From the NCBI GenBank assembly GCA_024684115.1, contig JAIKXP010000082.1, forward strand, positions 25,975 through 89,974: a stretch of DNA of 64,000 nucleotides, given 5' to 3'. Position 1 is the first letter of the stretch. The number at the start of each line of letters is the position of its first letter. This DNA comes from Sphaerochaetaceae bacterium. GTDB lineage: Bacteria > Spirochaetota > Spirochaetia > Sphaerochaetales > Sphaerochaetaceae. Positions 37,975-48,191 of this stretch are shown here, piece by piece. A model generated the notes under the pieces. That model was not told the DNA's origin, made no database searches, and saw nothing but the letters and a program-made list of their open reading frames with translations. The translations under genes and the position numbers were made by a program.

Positions 37975-40665
37975 ATGAACGCAAAGAAAGTCAGGGACTT
38001 AATCAGCAATGAGCTGTGGAACACCACTTCAACATCACAGGTTAAGACAGAAGATTTCGTAAATCTTCAGAACATAATGAAAAAGCTCAAGACTCAGGAC
38101 GAGAAGGCAGACTTCAGGGAAATCTGTCTTTCAGCTCTTGAAGATAAGCCGAGAAGCCCCATTGTACCAAGATTTCTCATTTCATATACAGGAAGACATC
38201 CGGTAGATGACAGCCATATCATCTCTGTTTTCGAGGAGTACTATCATGACAGCCGCTGGAACGAGCTGATCTACATGGGCAACCTCATACTTTCTTTCAA
38301 TGAAAGTTCTTACGTACTGAAGGTACTTGCAGAAGCATATTCCTTCCTTGGTCAGCAGGATAAAAAGATTGAAACATGGGAGTACCTCATCAGGATTGAC
38401 CATGTTGAAACAGATGTGTTCTACAGACTTGCAGACCATTACACTGCAGAGGGAAATACCGCTCAGGCACTTAACATGTACAAGAGAGTCATCCAGCGCC
38501 ATATTAACGCACAGGATATGGAAGGAATCATCAAGGCCTGGAACAAAATCTATCCTCTGGACCATGAAAACGCCTCCTACGTACTTCAGATTGCAGGACG
38601 TATCTCAAGAGTAATTTCAAAGGAAGCTGCTGAGGCCTTCCTCACAGGTGTCTATGAAAATGATGAGTTTGATGATAATTCAAAAATCCTCATCCTCAAG
38701 AAGATCCTTGAATTCTCTCCGCAGAACAAGACAGCCCTGGAAAAACTCATTGAAATCTTCAGGAAGAAGTACAGTGACAATCCGCGTCTTGAGTACTGTC
38801 TTTCAAACACAGGACTTCTTCACAACTACATGGACATAAATCTTGCAGTTGCAAACTTCGAGAAGGAAATAGGTTTTGTTGAAGGCGCCTTTGTCATTCA
38901 CGGAACATGGGGACTCGGAAGAATCAAGAAGATTGAAAAGGATGAAATGTACATTCAGTTCCTCAAGAAGAAGGAACCTCATAAAATGTCATGCAACATG
39001 GCTTTCTCAAGCCTCAAGATTGTCCCGAAGCAGCACATTCTTGTTCTTAAGGCAGGAGCTACACCGGCACAGATCAGAGACCACCTCATGGCAAATATTG
39101 AATGGGGACTCAGGATGCTTCTGAACTCCTTCGGAGGAGAAGCTTCCCTCAAGCAGATAAAGGCAGAGCTTGTTCCGTCAGTTCTCAAGGACAGCGAGTG
39201 GACAGCATGGCAGAGCCTTGCAAAGAAGGAGCTTGCTACAAACCCGTACTTCAGCACATCAGACACATCAAATGATGTATATGTACTTAGGGACACACCT
39301 ATTACATTTGAGGAAAAGACACTTCAGGTCTTCTCAAGGGAAAAGGGATTCTTCAAGAAATACTCAATCGTAAAGGACTTCATCAGCAAGAACGGAAGCA
39401 CAGACAGTGAAGAGTTCATGAAGATTCTTGATTACTTCACAGATGAAGCTAATTCTGACAGCTCAACAGGTTTCTGCTCATTCATGATTCTTGACAGATT
39501 CAAGAACAGACAGGGCATGAACTTCATCCACCTTAACGAGACCTTTGCAGAGAAGTACGCAAGACTGGACAAGGAAGGCGTAAAGCAGGTCTATGCTGAA
39601 ATTGAAGACAACGAACTGAGGAAGAACTTTGCCGACTGCATTATGGAAACAGATGAAAAGTGGCAGTCAGTTCTCGCTTCCCTTCTTAGGGTCTATCCTA
39701 CTTCCTACCTCATGGATTGCATAAAGAACGGACCGAGAAGAAAGATGATGAGTGAAATTATCTCAGACGCAGTAGACAACTATCAGTCTGATCCGGACCT
39801 GTTGCTCTTCCTCCTCAAGAACTGTACTGAGGAAGACTGGAAGAAGGCTTCAATTGATGAAGGAGAACTTATCACAATCTGTCTGCAGCTCATGATCTTC
39901 ATTTCCGGAAAGGTCTCACACAACGTAGACACACAGGTCAACAAGGCAAGACTGAAGGTTGTTTCAGACATGCTCTTTACAGACCAGATGATAGTGAACT
40001 ATCTTGCAAAATGTGAAACACAGCAGGCCAGAAGAATCTTCTCATATGTAAGCAACGTTCCGGGAATTGAGGAAGAAAAGATTATAGGCATCAAGCACTT
40101 CATCCTTTCAAAGAGAAAAGATGCTGACCAGATCATTGTCCAGGACGCTGAACCTCAGACTCCTGAAAGAATGATTCCTAAGGGATTCCTCTGCACAAGG
40201 ACCATGTTCGTGAACAAGTCAAACGAACTTGAGCACATTATGAATGTAGAGATTCCTGAGAACTCCAGGGAAATAGGAGTTGCAAGGGACCTCGGAGACC
40301 TCAGGGAAAATGCTGAGTATCAGTATGCAAAGGACAAGCAGAAGAACCTTAACTTCATGATGAATAAGCTCACTGATGAGATAGACATTGCCAAGATCAT
40401 AGAGCCTGAGAAGGTTGACACAGATTATGTTGAATTCGGTACAAAGGTTGTCTTCCATGACAATATTGCCGATAAGGACATAACATACACAATCTTCGGA
40501 CCGTGGGAGTCAAATCCTGAAAAGAACATACTGAACTTCCAGGCCCCGCTCGGACTTAAGATTTACAACATGAAGAGCGGAGAAAGAAAGAAATTTGAGA
40601 TAAACGGAGTCAAGATGGACCTTACGGTCAAGTCAATTGAACTTGCAGACTTCAGTTTGAGCTGA
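37975..40665 (+). CDS. greA: Transcription elongation factor GreA, long form with a ~740-aa N-terminal extension
   Basis: The C-terminal ~155 aa carry GreA motifs (ARDLGDLRENAEYQYAKDKQ coiled-coil tip; FGPWESNPEKNILNFQAPLGLKIYNMKSGE). AAGGAG SD. The N-terminal region is helical and repeat-like. Confidence 0.88.
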   Translation: MNAKKVRDLISNELWNTTSTSQVKTEDFVNLQNIMKKLKTQDEKADFREICLSALEDKPRSPIVPRFLISYTGRHPVDDSHIISVFEEYYHDSRWNELIYMGNLILSFNESSYVLKVLAEAYSFLGQQDKKIETWEYLIRIDHVETDVFYRLADHYTAEGNTAQALNMYKRVIQRHINAQDMEGIIKAWNKIYPLDHENASYVLQIAGRISRVISKEAAEAFLTGVYENDEFDDNSKILILKKILEFSPQNKTALEKLIEIFRKKYSDNPRLEYCLSNTGLLHNYMDINLAVANFEKEIGFVEGAFVIHGTWGLGRIKKIEKDEMYIQFLKKKEPHKMSCNMAFSSLKIVPKQHILVLKAGATPAQIRDHLMANIEWGLRMLLNSFGGEASLKQIKAELVPSVLKDSEWTAWQSLAKKELATNPYFSTSDTSNDVYVLRDTPITFEEKTLQVFSREKGFFKKYSIVKDFISKNGSTDSEEFMKILDYFTDEANSDSSTGFCSFMILDRFKNRQGMNFIHLNETFAEKYARLDKEGVKQVYAEIEDNELRKNFADCIMETDEKWQSVLASLLRVYPTSYLMDCIKNGPRRKMMSEIISDAVDNYQSDPDLLLFLLKNCTEEDWKKASIDEGELITICLQLMIFISGKVSHNVDTQVNKARLKVVSDMLFTDQMIVNYLAKCETQQARRIFSYVSNVPGIEEEKIIGIKHFILSKRKDADQIIVQDAEPQTPERMIPKGFLCTRTMFVNKSNELEHIMNVEIPENSREIGVARDLGDLRENAEYQYAKDKQKNLNFMMNKLTDEIDIAKIIEPEKVDTDYVEFGTKVVFHDNIADKDITYTIFGPWESNPEKNILNFQAPLGLKIYNMKSGERKKFEINGVKMDLTVKSIELADFSLS

Positions 40666-41074
40666 TTATTCTTTTAATCAGTTTTATTTCGGAAACGGCA
40701 AACGGACGCAGACTGTGTCCTGCCGTTTCTTTTTTTATGTCATCAAGGCTGAACCACTTAAGTTCATAAAACTCATCAGGAACAAAGTCTGTGTACAGTC
40801 TGTCTGAGCGGAAGAAGAAGGTCTTCCAGCTGAAGAAAGGAGCCTTAAGAGAAAACACTCCGAGACTCTTGAGGCTGTCAAAATCAACCTTAAGTCCTGT
40901 TTCTTCCGAGAACTCACGCCTGGCTGTGTCCATATCAGAGTGGTCCAGAGTCTTTTCCCTTCCCCCTCCAGGCACACACCATGTGTTTTTAAACGGCTTC
41001 TTTGCCCTCAGTCCCATGAGAATCTTATCTTCATAGATCAGGCCTATTCCTGCGCCCCTGTAGGGAAACCTCAT
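40652..41074 (-). CDS. NUDIX hydrolase
   Basis: Nudix box GGGREKTLDHSDMDTARREFSEETGL (G.5E.7REUXEEXGU). Confidence 0.85.
   Translation of the reverse strand: MRFPYRGAGIGLIYEDKILMGLRAKKPFKNTWCVPGGGREKTLDHSDMDTARREFSEETGLKVDFDSLKSLGVFSLKAPFFSWKTFFFRSDRLYTDFVPDEFYELKWFSLDDIKKETAGHSLRPFAVSEIKLIKRIISSN
40662..40689 (+). terminator. Candidate greA terminator embedded in the 3' end of the convergent NUDIX gene
   Basis: CTGATTA-TTCTTT-TAATCAG forms a 7-bp AT-rich stem followed by TTTTATTT. Confidence 0.45.
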
Positions 41075-42228
41075 TTTACAGCAAGCCCTCCGTTTGCGTA
41101 GAAGCGCTCGAGATAGTCATTTCTGAACCTTACAAAGTCATCTTCCTCAATTGCCTTTCTGACCTTCTGCATGAGGTTAAAGAGGTATCTGAGGTTGTGT
41201 TCGGAGGCAAGCATGGATCCAAGCATTTCATTTGTCTTGAACATATGACGCATGTAGGCCCTTGAGTACTTTGTACAGGCGGTGCATCCGCAGCCTTCAG
41301 ATATCGGACCGTGGTCATACTCATTGAAGGCCTTCTTTAGGTTAAGCATACCGTCATCTGTGAACACCGTTCCGTGTCTTCCTTCCCTGGTTGCAAGAAC
41401 GCAGTCAAAGAGGTCTATTCCGTGATAGACAGCATCCAGAATATAGTCAACTGTTCCTATTCCCATAACGTATCGGGGCTTTTCATATGTAACTGCATCT
41501 GCAGTAAGGCCTAAGAAGTACTGGTACCTGTCCTTTGTCTCTCCGACAGAAAGTCCGCCTATGGCTATTCCCGGAAAGTCCATTTCTCCGATTGTTCTGG
41601 CGCTCTGGATCCTCAGATCCTCATAGAAGCCGCCCTGAACTATTCCGAAGAGTTTTCCCCTGAAAGCCCTGCCTGTAAGCCTTTCAAGGCTGTCCCTTCT
41701 TACTATGGACCTTTCAGCCCAGGCATGGGTCAGGTCCATGGCCTTTCTGGTCTTGTTCCAGTCAATCCCGGGCTCTGAACACACGTCAAGAACCATGGCT
41801 ATGTCGCTTCCTATTACCTGCTCAATATCAACAACCTTTTCCGGTGTGAACTGGTGTTTTGATCCGTCAACATGGCTCTGGAACCTGATTCCTTCTTCAT
41901 AGATCTTTCTGAGCTGGGAAAGGGAAAAAATCTGAAACCCTCCGCTGTCGGTAAGTATGTTGTAATCCCAGGCTGAGAACTTATGAAGCCCGTCAAAGCT
42001 CTTTAGCACATCACAGCCAGGCCTAAGATACAGATGGTATGTATTTCCGAGTATGAGGTTGTAGCCCATGTCGCTGACCGTCTTATGGTACAGTCCCTTG
42101 ACCGTTCCGTTGGTACCGACAGGCATGAAGGCCGGAGTCTGAACAACCCCGTGACCCAGGCTCAGAAGGCCTGTTCTTGCCCGGCATGAGGCATCTTTAT
42201 GTTTCATTTCAAATATTTTTTCTGTCAT
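41071..42228 (-). CDS. tgt: Queuine tRNA-ribosyltransferase
   Basis: ARTGLLSLGHGVVQTPAFMPVGT, LGNTYHL, DSGGFQ and CTCxxC-type zinc site (CGCTACTKYSRAYMRH). I prefer ATG 42228, which makes an ATGA overlap with the upstream stop. The track start 42348 would overlap lptG by 124 nt. Confidence 0.93.
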   Translation of the reverse strand: MTEKIFEMKHKDASCRARTGLLSLGHGVVQTPAFMPVGTNGTVKGLYHKTVSDMGYNLILGNTYHLYLRPGCDVLKSFDGLHKFSAWDYNILTDSGGFQIFSLSQLRKIYEEGIRFQSHVDGSKHQFTPEKVVDIEQVIGSDIAMVLDVCSEPGIDWNKTRKAMDLTHAWAERSIVRRDSLERLTGRAFRGKLFGIVQGGFYEDLRIQSARTIGEMDFPGIAIGGLSVGETKDRYQYFLGLTADAVTYEKPRYVMGIGTVDYILDAVYHGIDLFDCVLATREGRHGTVFTDDGMLNLKKAFNEYDHGPISEGCGCTACTKYSRAYMRHMFKTNEMLGSMLASEHNLRYLFNLMQKVRKAIEEDDFVRFRNDYLERFYANGGLAVK

Positions 42229-43328
42229 ATCTTCCTCGTAGCAGCAATCAGAACACTGAGTGCGAGAATAAGTAATAACGGGAACAGAGAGCCCATGTAA
42301 GGGGCTATTATTCCCTGATTTGCGAACAGATTCGTTACAATCTGACATACGTAGTATACCACTGCAACAGCAACTGAGGATACTATGCTGATAAACAGTA
42401 CGTTTTTCTTGTATCTGTAGTTCATGCTGCAGGCAATTATGGCAAAGACAAGCGGAGCGAGGGATTCAAAGACCCTCTTGTAAAGCTCCGTTGCAAGGCT
42501 TGCATACTTCTCAGGATTAACAACCTTCATGGAAAGAACGTAGTCTGAGGCGGAAAGAAGATCCATGGTGGAAATATCTGCAGAAGAGTTTCTGAAAAGC
42601 TGGGGCTTAAGTGAAAAGTTCCTGTTAAGAAGACTATCCCGGCTTTCTGTCTGAACAGTTCCGTCTTCCTGCACCGTATAGACTGTAACGCCGCTCAGGT
42701 TCCAGCACTGCTCTTCTTCATTCCACTGTGCACTCTCTGCGTTTGTTCTTCTGATTGAGCCTTCAGGAGTCTTTTCTATGATTACAACATTCAAAAGAGT
42801 TTTGGTTCCGTCAACGTAGTGGTCGGTGTAGACAGAGTAGCCCCTGTACATGTCTGATAAGGCTACGGCTGAACTGTTTCCGCTTGAAGAGGAAGTATCA
42901 GTTACACTCTCATAAAGAACGTTTCTTCTGTTCTCACACTCAAGCTTCACCGTTTCACTGAAGAAAAAACAGAAAAGAGAAATGCCGAGGGCTGTGATTA
43001 TACAGGTAATAATTACCCTGGCGTAGTTGATTCCCGAGTTCAGTATGCATATTATCTCGTTTCTTGCGTGCAGCATGGACAGGAAATAGGTTACGGAAAA
43101 CAGCACCGCAGGCCCGGTTACCATGAGAAAGGCTGCAGGAAAATAGAGTATGGTAAGTCTGAATATGTCTGAACCGCTTACATTGTTGGACACATATATG
43201 TCAAGCTTACCGAACAGATCAACACCAAGCATGATAAGAGAAGCCAGAAGAGCTGTCAGTAAAGCAACCTTGAGAATGGAAAAGACAATGTACCTGTTTA
43301 GAATCTTCAATGTCTTCTCAGCCCCCAC
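42225..43328 (-). CDS. lptG: LptF/LptG family permease (YjgP/YjgQ), second copy
   Basis: 367 aa. N-terminal TMs, a central periplasmic beta-rich domain and C-terminal TMs. N-terminus LNRYIVFSILKV. Confidence 0.65.
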   Translation of the reverse strand: MGAEKTLKILNRYIVFSILKVALLTALLASLIMLGVDLFGKLDIYVSNNVSGSDIFRLTILYFPAAFLMVTGPAVLFSVTYFLSMLHARNEIICILNSGINYARVIITCIITALGISLFCFFFSETVKLECENRRNVLYESVTDTSSSSGNSSAVALSDMYRGYSVYTDHYVDGTKTLLNVVIIEKTPEGSIRRTNAESAQWNEEEQCWNLSGVTVYTVQEDGTVQTESRDSLLNRNFSLKPQLFRNSSADISTMDLLSASDYVLSMKVVNPEKYASLATELYKRVFESLAPLVFAIIACSMNYRYKKNVLFISIVSSVAVAVVYYVCQIVTNLFANQGIIAPYMGSLFPLLLILALSVLIAATRKI

Positions 43329-44575
43329 AGAAGCACAAGTCCCACAAAGAACACAATCATATTGGGATTCCAGAGGAAAAGTGCCGGATTAAGAGTTGAG
43401 ACTATTGCACGGGTGTGCATGTAGTAAAGGTAGAACCAGTAGGTGGCTGCCACAAAGATCGACAGGCCGAAACCGGTAAGCCTTCCGTATTTTACCTTGA
43501 AGAATGAGATTGGAAAGGCTATGAACACAAGAAAAGTACAGGCCATGGAAAGGGCAAACTTCTTGTTCAGTTCACTCAGGTAGTACTGATAGGTGAAATT
43601 GAAAGGCTTGTTTGCCTCTTTTTCATGGTAGATTGTCACGTCTTCCTTTATGTTGTTATAGTCAACCGAGTCAGGGTTGGCCTCTATGCTTTTAAGGCTG
43701 TCTCCAAGGTTTTCAGCGCTTTTATTAAGTATCCTGTTGTAGTTTGCCCTTGTTCTCTCAAGGTTTTCACTGCCGGCCTTAATACCATCCAGAAGCTGAT
43801 TTATGGACATCTGGGAAGGGTTAAGGGTGAAATTCACGTCTGAGTTTGAACCAAGGTTAAGGTATAGCGTCATCTTGCCGGCACTGGCCGAGCTGTACTT
43901 AGCAGTAAAGCTTGAGTCGGTAATCAGTATCTCTGCGTTTTCAAGGTCAATTCTGTAGGTAAATGTCTCTGCATCTACCAGGGTGATAACTGCACTTTCT
44001 GCCTTGATCGCATGACTGTCCGAGGGGTCCCTGCCGTCGTAGATGATTATATCGTTTATCCTGCCGCCGTCTACCTTGCCGTTGGAAACGACAATGTCCC
44101 CAAACCTGACCGATCCGTAATCCTCGAACTCAAGCGTGGGCAGCTTCTCAAGAACGGAGACATAGAGGTCCGCGTAGCGCTCAGAGGTGTATGGAATCAT
44201 CCTGTCGGCAATTACAAGGGTGGAGAATGAAAGGAAAAGGGAAATTATGACTATGGGCATGAAGATGCGGGTAAGGGAAATTCCTCCCGACCTCATGGCC
44301 GTAATTTCATTTGATGAAGAAAAGTTTCCTATTACCATGGAGGCTGAGGCCAGTGAACTGAAAGGCATGGTATAGAGCAGAAACTGTGGGATTGAAAGAA
44401 TAACAAGGGTAAGAACATCTGTTATTCCAACGTTTTTTAAAAGGATCTTCTGAGCCAGAACAAGTATCTGGTTTACGAAGAAAATAAAGAAAAAGAAAGC
44501 AAAAGACACAAGGAATGAAATAATGTATTCCTTTCCTACATAATAAGATAGAATAGTGTATCTGCTTCTTTTCAC
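43307..44575 (-). CDS. lptF: LptF/LptG family permease (YjgP/YjgQ), first copy
   Basis: 422 aa with the same topology. N-terminus ILSYYVGKEYIISFL. Confidence 0.65.
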   Translation of the reverse strand: MKRSRYTILSYYVGKEYIISFLVSFAFFFFIFFVNQILVLAQKILLKNVGITDVLTLVILSIPQFLLYTMPFSSLASASMVIGNFSSSNEITAMRSGGISLTRIFMPIVIISLFLSFSTLVIADRMIPYTSERYADLYVSVLEKLPTLEFEDYGSVRFGDIVVSNGKVDGGRINDIIIYDGRDPSDSHAIKAESAVITLVDAETFTYRIDLENAEILITDSSFTAKYSSASAGKMTLYLNLGSNSDVNFTLNPSQMSINQLLDGIKAGSENLERTRANYNRILNKSAENLGDSLKSIEANPDSVDYNNIKEDVTIYHEKEANKPFNFTYQYYLSELNKKFALSMACTFLVFIAFPISFFKVKYGRLTGFGLSIFVAATYWFYLYYMHTRAIVSTLNPALFLWNPNMIVFFVGLVLLWGLRRH

Positions 44576-44577
44576 TT

Positions 44578-45021
44578 TCAGATTCCTGTTGAACCGAACC
44601 CGCCCTCTCCGCGTTCAGTCTCATCCAGTGAGACAACAGTTTCAAAAGAAGCGGTTTCATGTCTGGCTATTACCATCTGGGCAATTCTGTCACCGTCTTT
44701 AATTATGAAATCAGAGTCTGAAAGGTTCACAAGAATAACCTTGATTTCACCACGGTAGTCCGAGTCTACTGTACCCGGAGTATTCAGTACGGTAATACCT
44801 GATTTTATTGCAAGACCGGAACGGGGTCTGATCTGTGCCTCATAGCCCACAGGCAGGGAGATTCTTATACCTGTCGGAACAAGGGCCCTCTGCATGGGTT
44901 TTATTATAATGCTCCCCTGAGCAAGACAGGCGCAGATATCTGCGCCTGCTGCCTGAGAAGAGGAGTACTGAGGGAGCCTGGCTCCCTTATCCAGCTGTAT
45001 TCTGATAATACATTTATCCAT
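44578..45021 (-). CDS. dut: dUTP diphosphatase
   Basis: [35 protein letters not shown] and [11 protein letters not shown] motifs. I prefer ATG 45021, 4 nt after the pnp stop. The track start 45171 overlaps pnp. Confidence 0.92.
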   Translation of the reverse strand: MDKCIIRIQLDKGARLPQYSSSQAAGADICACLAQGSIIIKPMQRALVPTGIRISLPVGYEAQIRPRSGLAIKSGITVLNTPGTVDSDYRGEIKVILVNLSDSDFIIKDGDRIAQMVIARHETASFETVVSLDETERGEGGFGSTGI

Positions 45022-45025
45022 CAGC

Positions 45026-47218
45026 TCAGTCTCTGTGCTCCTTCTTGAAAGGACGCTTGTTGAAGTCTCTCTTAGGTCTGTCTGACTTAGGAGCCTGCTT
45101 TGTCTCTCCGTCCGGATCAATTGCATCAATATAGGAAAGAGAAAGTCTTCCGCCTGTTCTGTCAATTTCAATAAGCTTTACAGGAATTACCTGGCCTACT
45201 GAAAGAACATCTGAAACGTTCTCTACTCTTGTTCTTGCAAGCTTGGAAATGTGGCAGAGGCCTTCCTTACCCGGGAGAATCTCGACAAATGCACCGAAGT
45301 CCATAATTCTCTTGACTGTTCCCTGATAGACCTTACCTACTTCCGGCTCCTCGATAATGGACTTGACCATCTCAAGAGCTGCCTGGGCAGAAGCTGTGTT
45401 CTTGCCGTAGATTGTAACTGTACCGTCGTCATCAATATTAACTTCAGCACCTGTTACCTGGGCAATTCCCTTGATTGTCTTTCCGCCTGTACCGATAACG
45501 GCACCGATCTTGTCCTCATCAACCTTTGTTGAAAGGATCTTAGGAGCGTACTTGTTGACCTCAGCTCTTGGAGCTGCAAGAGTCTGCTCCATGATACCGA
45601 GAATGTGGTATCTGCCTTCCTTAGCCTGCTGGAGAGCCTTGCTCATGATCTCAGGTGTAACACCTGCAATCTTAATATCCATCTGGAAAGCTGTAATACC
45701 GTCTCTTGTACCTGCTACCTTGAAGTCCATGTCTCCGAGGTGGTCCTCTTCTCCGAGAATATCAGAAAGGATCTGGTACTTTGAGTAGTCTGCACCTTCA
45801 GTGATAAGACCCATTGCAATACCTGCAACCGGCTTTGAGATAGGTACACCTGCATCCATAAGTGAAAGACAGCCGCCGCAGACGGAAGCCATTGATGAAG
45901 ATCCGTTGGACTCCATGATTTCACTTACGACTCTTACTGTGTACGGGAACTCATCTTTTGGAGGAACAACCGGCTGAAGGGCTCTCTGAGCAAGGTGACC
46001 GTGTCCGATTTCTCTTCTTCCTGTTGTAAGTCTTCCTGTCTCACCTACTGAATACGGAGGGAAGTTGTAGTGCAGCATGAAGTTGCTGTAGTTCTTGTCT
46101 CCGTCAATATTGTCAAAAAGCTGCTCGTCCTGAACTGTTCCGAGTGTTGTAACTGCAAGGCTCTGAGTTTCTCCTCTTGTGAAGAGTGCTGAACCGTGAG
46201 TTCTGTCGAGAACGCCGACCTCACATGTGATAGGTCTGATCTCTGTTACCTTTCTTCCGTCAACACGAACACCGTCGTTGAGGATGGAAGAACGGAGAAT
46301 ATTATACTCAAGATCATCAAAGAGCTTTGAGAGCTTCTCTGCTGAATCTTCGTGCTCGGAGAGAAGGTCAGCAAACTTCTCCTTAACTTCCTGCTTTACT
46401 GCTGCAACATTGTCATGACGTGCAAACTTGCTTGTTCCCTTGAAAGCTTCACGTACCTTAGGCTCTGCATATTCCTTGACAGGATCAAGCCAGACAAGGT
46501 CTTCTTCTGCAACCTCGAGAAGAGGAAGCTTTTCCTTTCCTGCAATCTTCTTAAGCTCAAGCTGTGCATCACAGAGTTTTGTGATGACCGGCTGTGCTGC
46601 TGCAATTGCATCAAGCATGTTCTGCTCGGAAACTTCGTGTGCTCCACCTTCAACCATGGTAATACCGTCTCTTGTTCCTGCAACAACAATATCAAGGTCG
46701 GCATTTTCAATCTGCTGGAATGAAGGGTTAATTACATATTCACCGTCAATGAGGGCTACACGAACACCTGCAATAGGTCCGTTGAACGGAATGTCTGAAA
46801 TTGTGACAGCTGCAGATGCTGCGTTGATTGCAATAATATCCGGAGTGTTGATCTGGTCGGTTGACACGACTGTCGGGACAATCTGGATTTCTCTGCTGAA
46901 GGCCTTCTCAAAAAGAGGTCTCATAGGACGGTCGATAAGGCGGCTGACAAGGATTTCCTTATCCTTTGGCTTTGACTCTCTCTTGAGGAATCCTCCGGGA
47001 ATCTTGCCTGCTGCATAATATTTCTCATTGTACTCTACTGATACCGGTACATAATCAAGCGGTTCACTTGCACTGTCTGAGCAACATACTGTTGCAATGA
47101 CTGCGGAACCTGCGTAGTGTGCATAAACTGCACCGTTAGCCTGCTTGGCAATCTTACCTGTCTCAAAGACAAGTTCATCATCACCAATACGGACTGATAC
47201 TTTTTTTAACTGTTCCAT
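45026..47218 (-). CDS. pnp: Polyribonucleotide nucleotidyltransferase (PNPase)
   Basis: 730 aa. Two RNase PH domains, a KH domain ([14 protein letters not shown]), an S1 domain ([20 protein letters not shown]) and a basic tail. Confidence 0.96.
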   Translation of the reverse strand: MEQLKKVSVRIGDDELVFETGKIAKQANGAVYAHYAGSAVIATVCCSDSASEPLDYVPVSVEYNEKYYAAGKIPGGFLKRESKPKDKEILVSRLIDRPMRPLFEKAFSREIQIVPTVVSTDQINTPDIIAINAASAAVTISDIPFNGPIAGVRVALIDGEYVINPSFQQIENADLDIVVAGTRDGITMVEGGAHEVSEQNMLDAIAAAQPVITKLCDAQLELKKIAGKEKLPLLEVAEEDLVWLDPVKEYAEPKVREAFKGTSKFARHDNVAAVKQEVKEKFADLLSEHEDSAEKLSKLFDDLEYNILRSSILNDGVRVDGRKVTEIRPITCEVGVLDRTHGSALFTRGETQSLAVTTLGTVQDEQLFDNIDGDKNYSNFMLHYNFPPYSVGETGRLTTGRREIGHGHLAQRALQPVVPPKDEFPYTVRVVSEIMESNGSSSMASVCGGCLSLMDAGVPISKPVAGIAMGLITEGADYSKYQILSDILGEEDHLGDMDFKVAGTRDGITAFQMDIKIAGVTPEIMSKALQQAKEGRYHILGIMEQTLAAPRAEVNKYAPKILSTKVDEDKIGAVIGTGGKTIKGIAQVTGAEVNIDDDGTVTIYGKNTASAQAALEMVKSIIEEPEVGKVYQGTVKRIMDFGAFVEILPGKEGLCHISKLARTRVENVSDVLSVGQVIPVKLIEIDRTGGRLSLSYIDAIDPDGETKQAPKSDRPKRDFNKRPFKKEHRD

Positions 47219-47264
47219 AAATTCTCTCTACTTCTTTTTTCTTTTTTACTCTTTAAACACAGAG

Positions 47265-47289
47265 ATAGCTCCGGAGTTACCGGAGCTAT
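47265..47289 (-). promoter_or_regulatory. Perfect 10-bp hairpin in the rpsO-pnp intergenic region (partial terminator or RNase III-type processing site)
   Basis: ATAGCTCCGG-AGTTA-CCGGAGCTAT read directly. On the transcribed strand it is followed by CUCUGUGUUU. Confidence 0.6.
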
Positions 47290-47299
47290 TTCCACTGAT

Positions 47300-47566
47300 T
47301 TATTTTCTGAGACCGAGCTCAGCAATCAATGCCCTGTACTTCTCAATATCCGTATTCTTAAGATATCTGAGAAGTCTCCTTCTCTGTCCGACCATCTTAA
47401 GAAGACCGCGGTTTGAAGCGTGATCTTTCGGATTTGCCTTGAAATGACCCTGGAGGTCATTGATTCTGGCAGTAAGAAGGGCAATCTGTACTTCAGTTGC
47501 TCCTGTGTTCTTTTCGTCACCGCCAAACTTAGCGATGAGTTCCTGTTTCTGTTCCTTTGTAACCAT
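47300..47566 (-). CDS. rpsO: 30S ribosomal protein S15
   Basis: 88 aa with [49 protein letters not shown]. Confidence 0.95.
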   Translation of the reverse strand: MVTKEQKQELIAKFGGDEKNTGATEVQIALLTARINDLQGHFKANPKDHASNRGLLKMVGQRRRLLRYLKNTDIEKYRALIAELGLRK

Positions 47567-47570
47567 TCCG

Positions 47571-48191
47571 TTACACCTCTGAAGGAATATTTTTTAACAG
47601 CCTGCAAGACCCGTTTCCGGGAATAAGAGGTCTGCCAAGCAACACGGAGGCTTTCTCCGTATCACCTGTTAGGAGACATCTCCGAATCAGGGAGCTGCTC
47701 ACTTCTTCACCGTCAACAAACAAAGAAGGAACGACAACCAGATACGCAGATGAAGTATATTTGTCCAGAAAAGTCCTGATTTCTTCAGAACCTGCACTGC
47801 TGCCGGTTCTTCCGCAACGGAAATTCTGTCCAACAACCATCACCCTGAGGCTGTACGACGTACAAAGCCGGGCAATGAACTCCTCACCGGAAAGTTTACT
47901 CATATCTGAGGAAAAGTCAATTATGCAGCGGTAATCTACCCCTGCCTCTGCAAGAAGTTTATTTGTTTCTTCTTCAGTAATAATTGAATCCATTGACGTC
48001 TGTTTCCCGAGAAGCATCTTGGGATTGGCGTTAAACATGATTACAACGCTTCTGCAGTCATTCTTTTCTGCTTCAGATACGAGTGTTTCTATGAGTTTCA
48101 TATGTCCTCTGTGCAGTCCGTCAAAAACTCCGACCGTCACCGCGCAGGGCATATCTTTAAAAACAGGATCACAAAATTTCTTTATTTCCAT
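47571..48191 (-). CDS. ribF: FMN adenylyltransferase (RibF N-terminal domain only; the riboflavin kinase domain is absent)
   Basis: [23 protein letters not shown] and [24 protein letters not shown] motifs. The ORF stops ~15 aa after LLGRP, 4 nt before the rpsO start. Confidence 0.75.
   Translation of the reverse strand: MEIKKFCDPVFKDMPCAVTVGVFDGLHRGHMKLIETLVSEAEKNDCRSVVIMFNANPKMLLGKQTSMDSIITEEETNKLLAEAGVDYRCIIDFSSDMSKLSGEEFIARLCTSYSLRVMVVGQNFRCGRTGSSAGSEEIRTFLDKYTSSAYLVVVPSLFVDGEEVSSSLIRRCLLTGDTEKASVLLGRPLIPGNGSCRLLKNIPSEV

Noticed and set aside
27000-46200. GC-skew support for the terminus hypothesis, from hand counts of G and C on about 20 sampled 60-nt lines.
   Set aside because: The counts were noisy. 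The + strand showed G about equal to C on both sides once coding-strand bias is considered. I therefore do not claim a skew switch and rely only on gene orientation.
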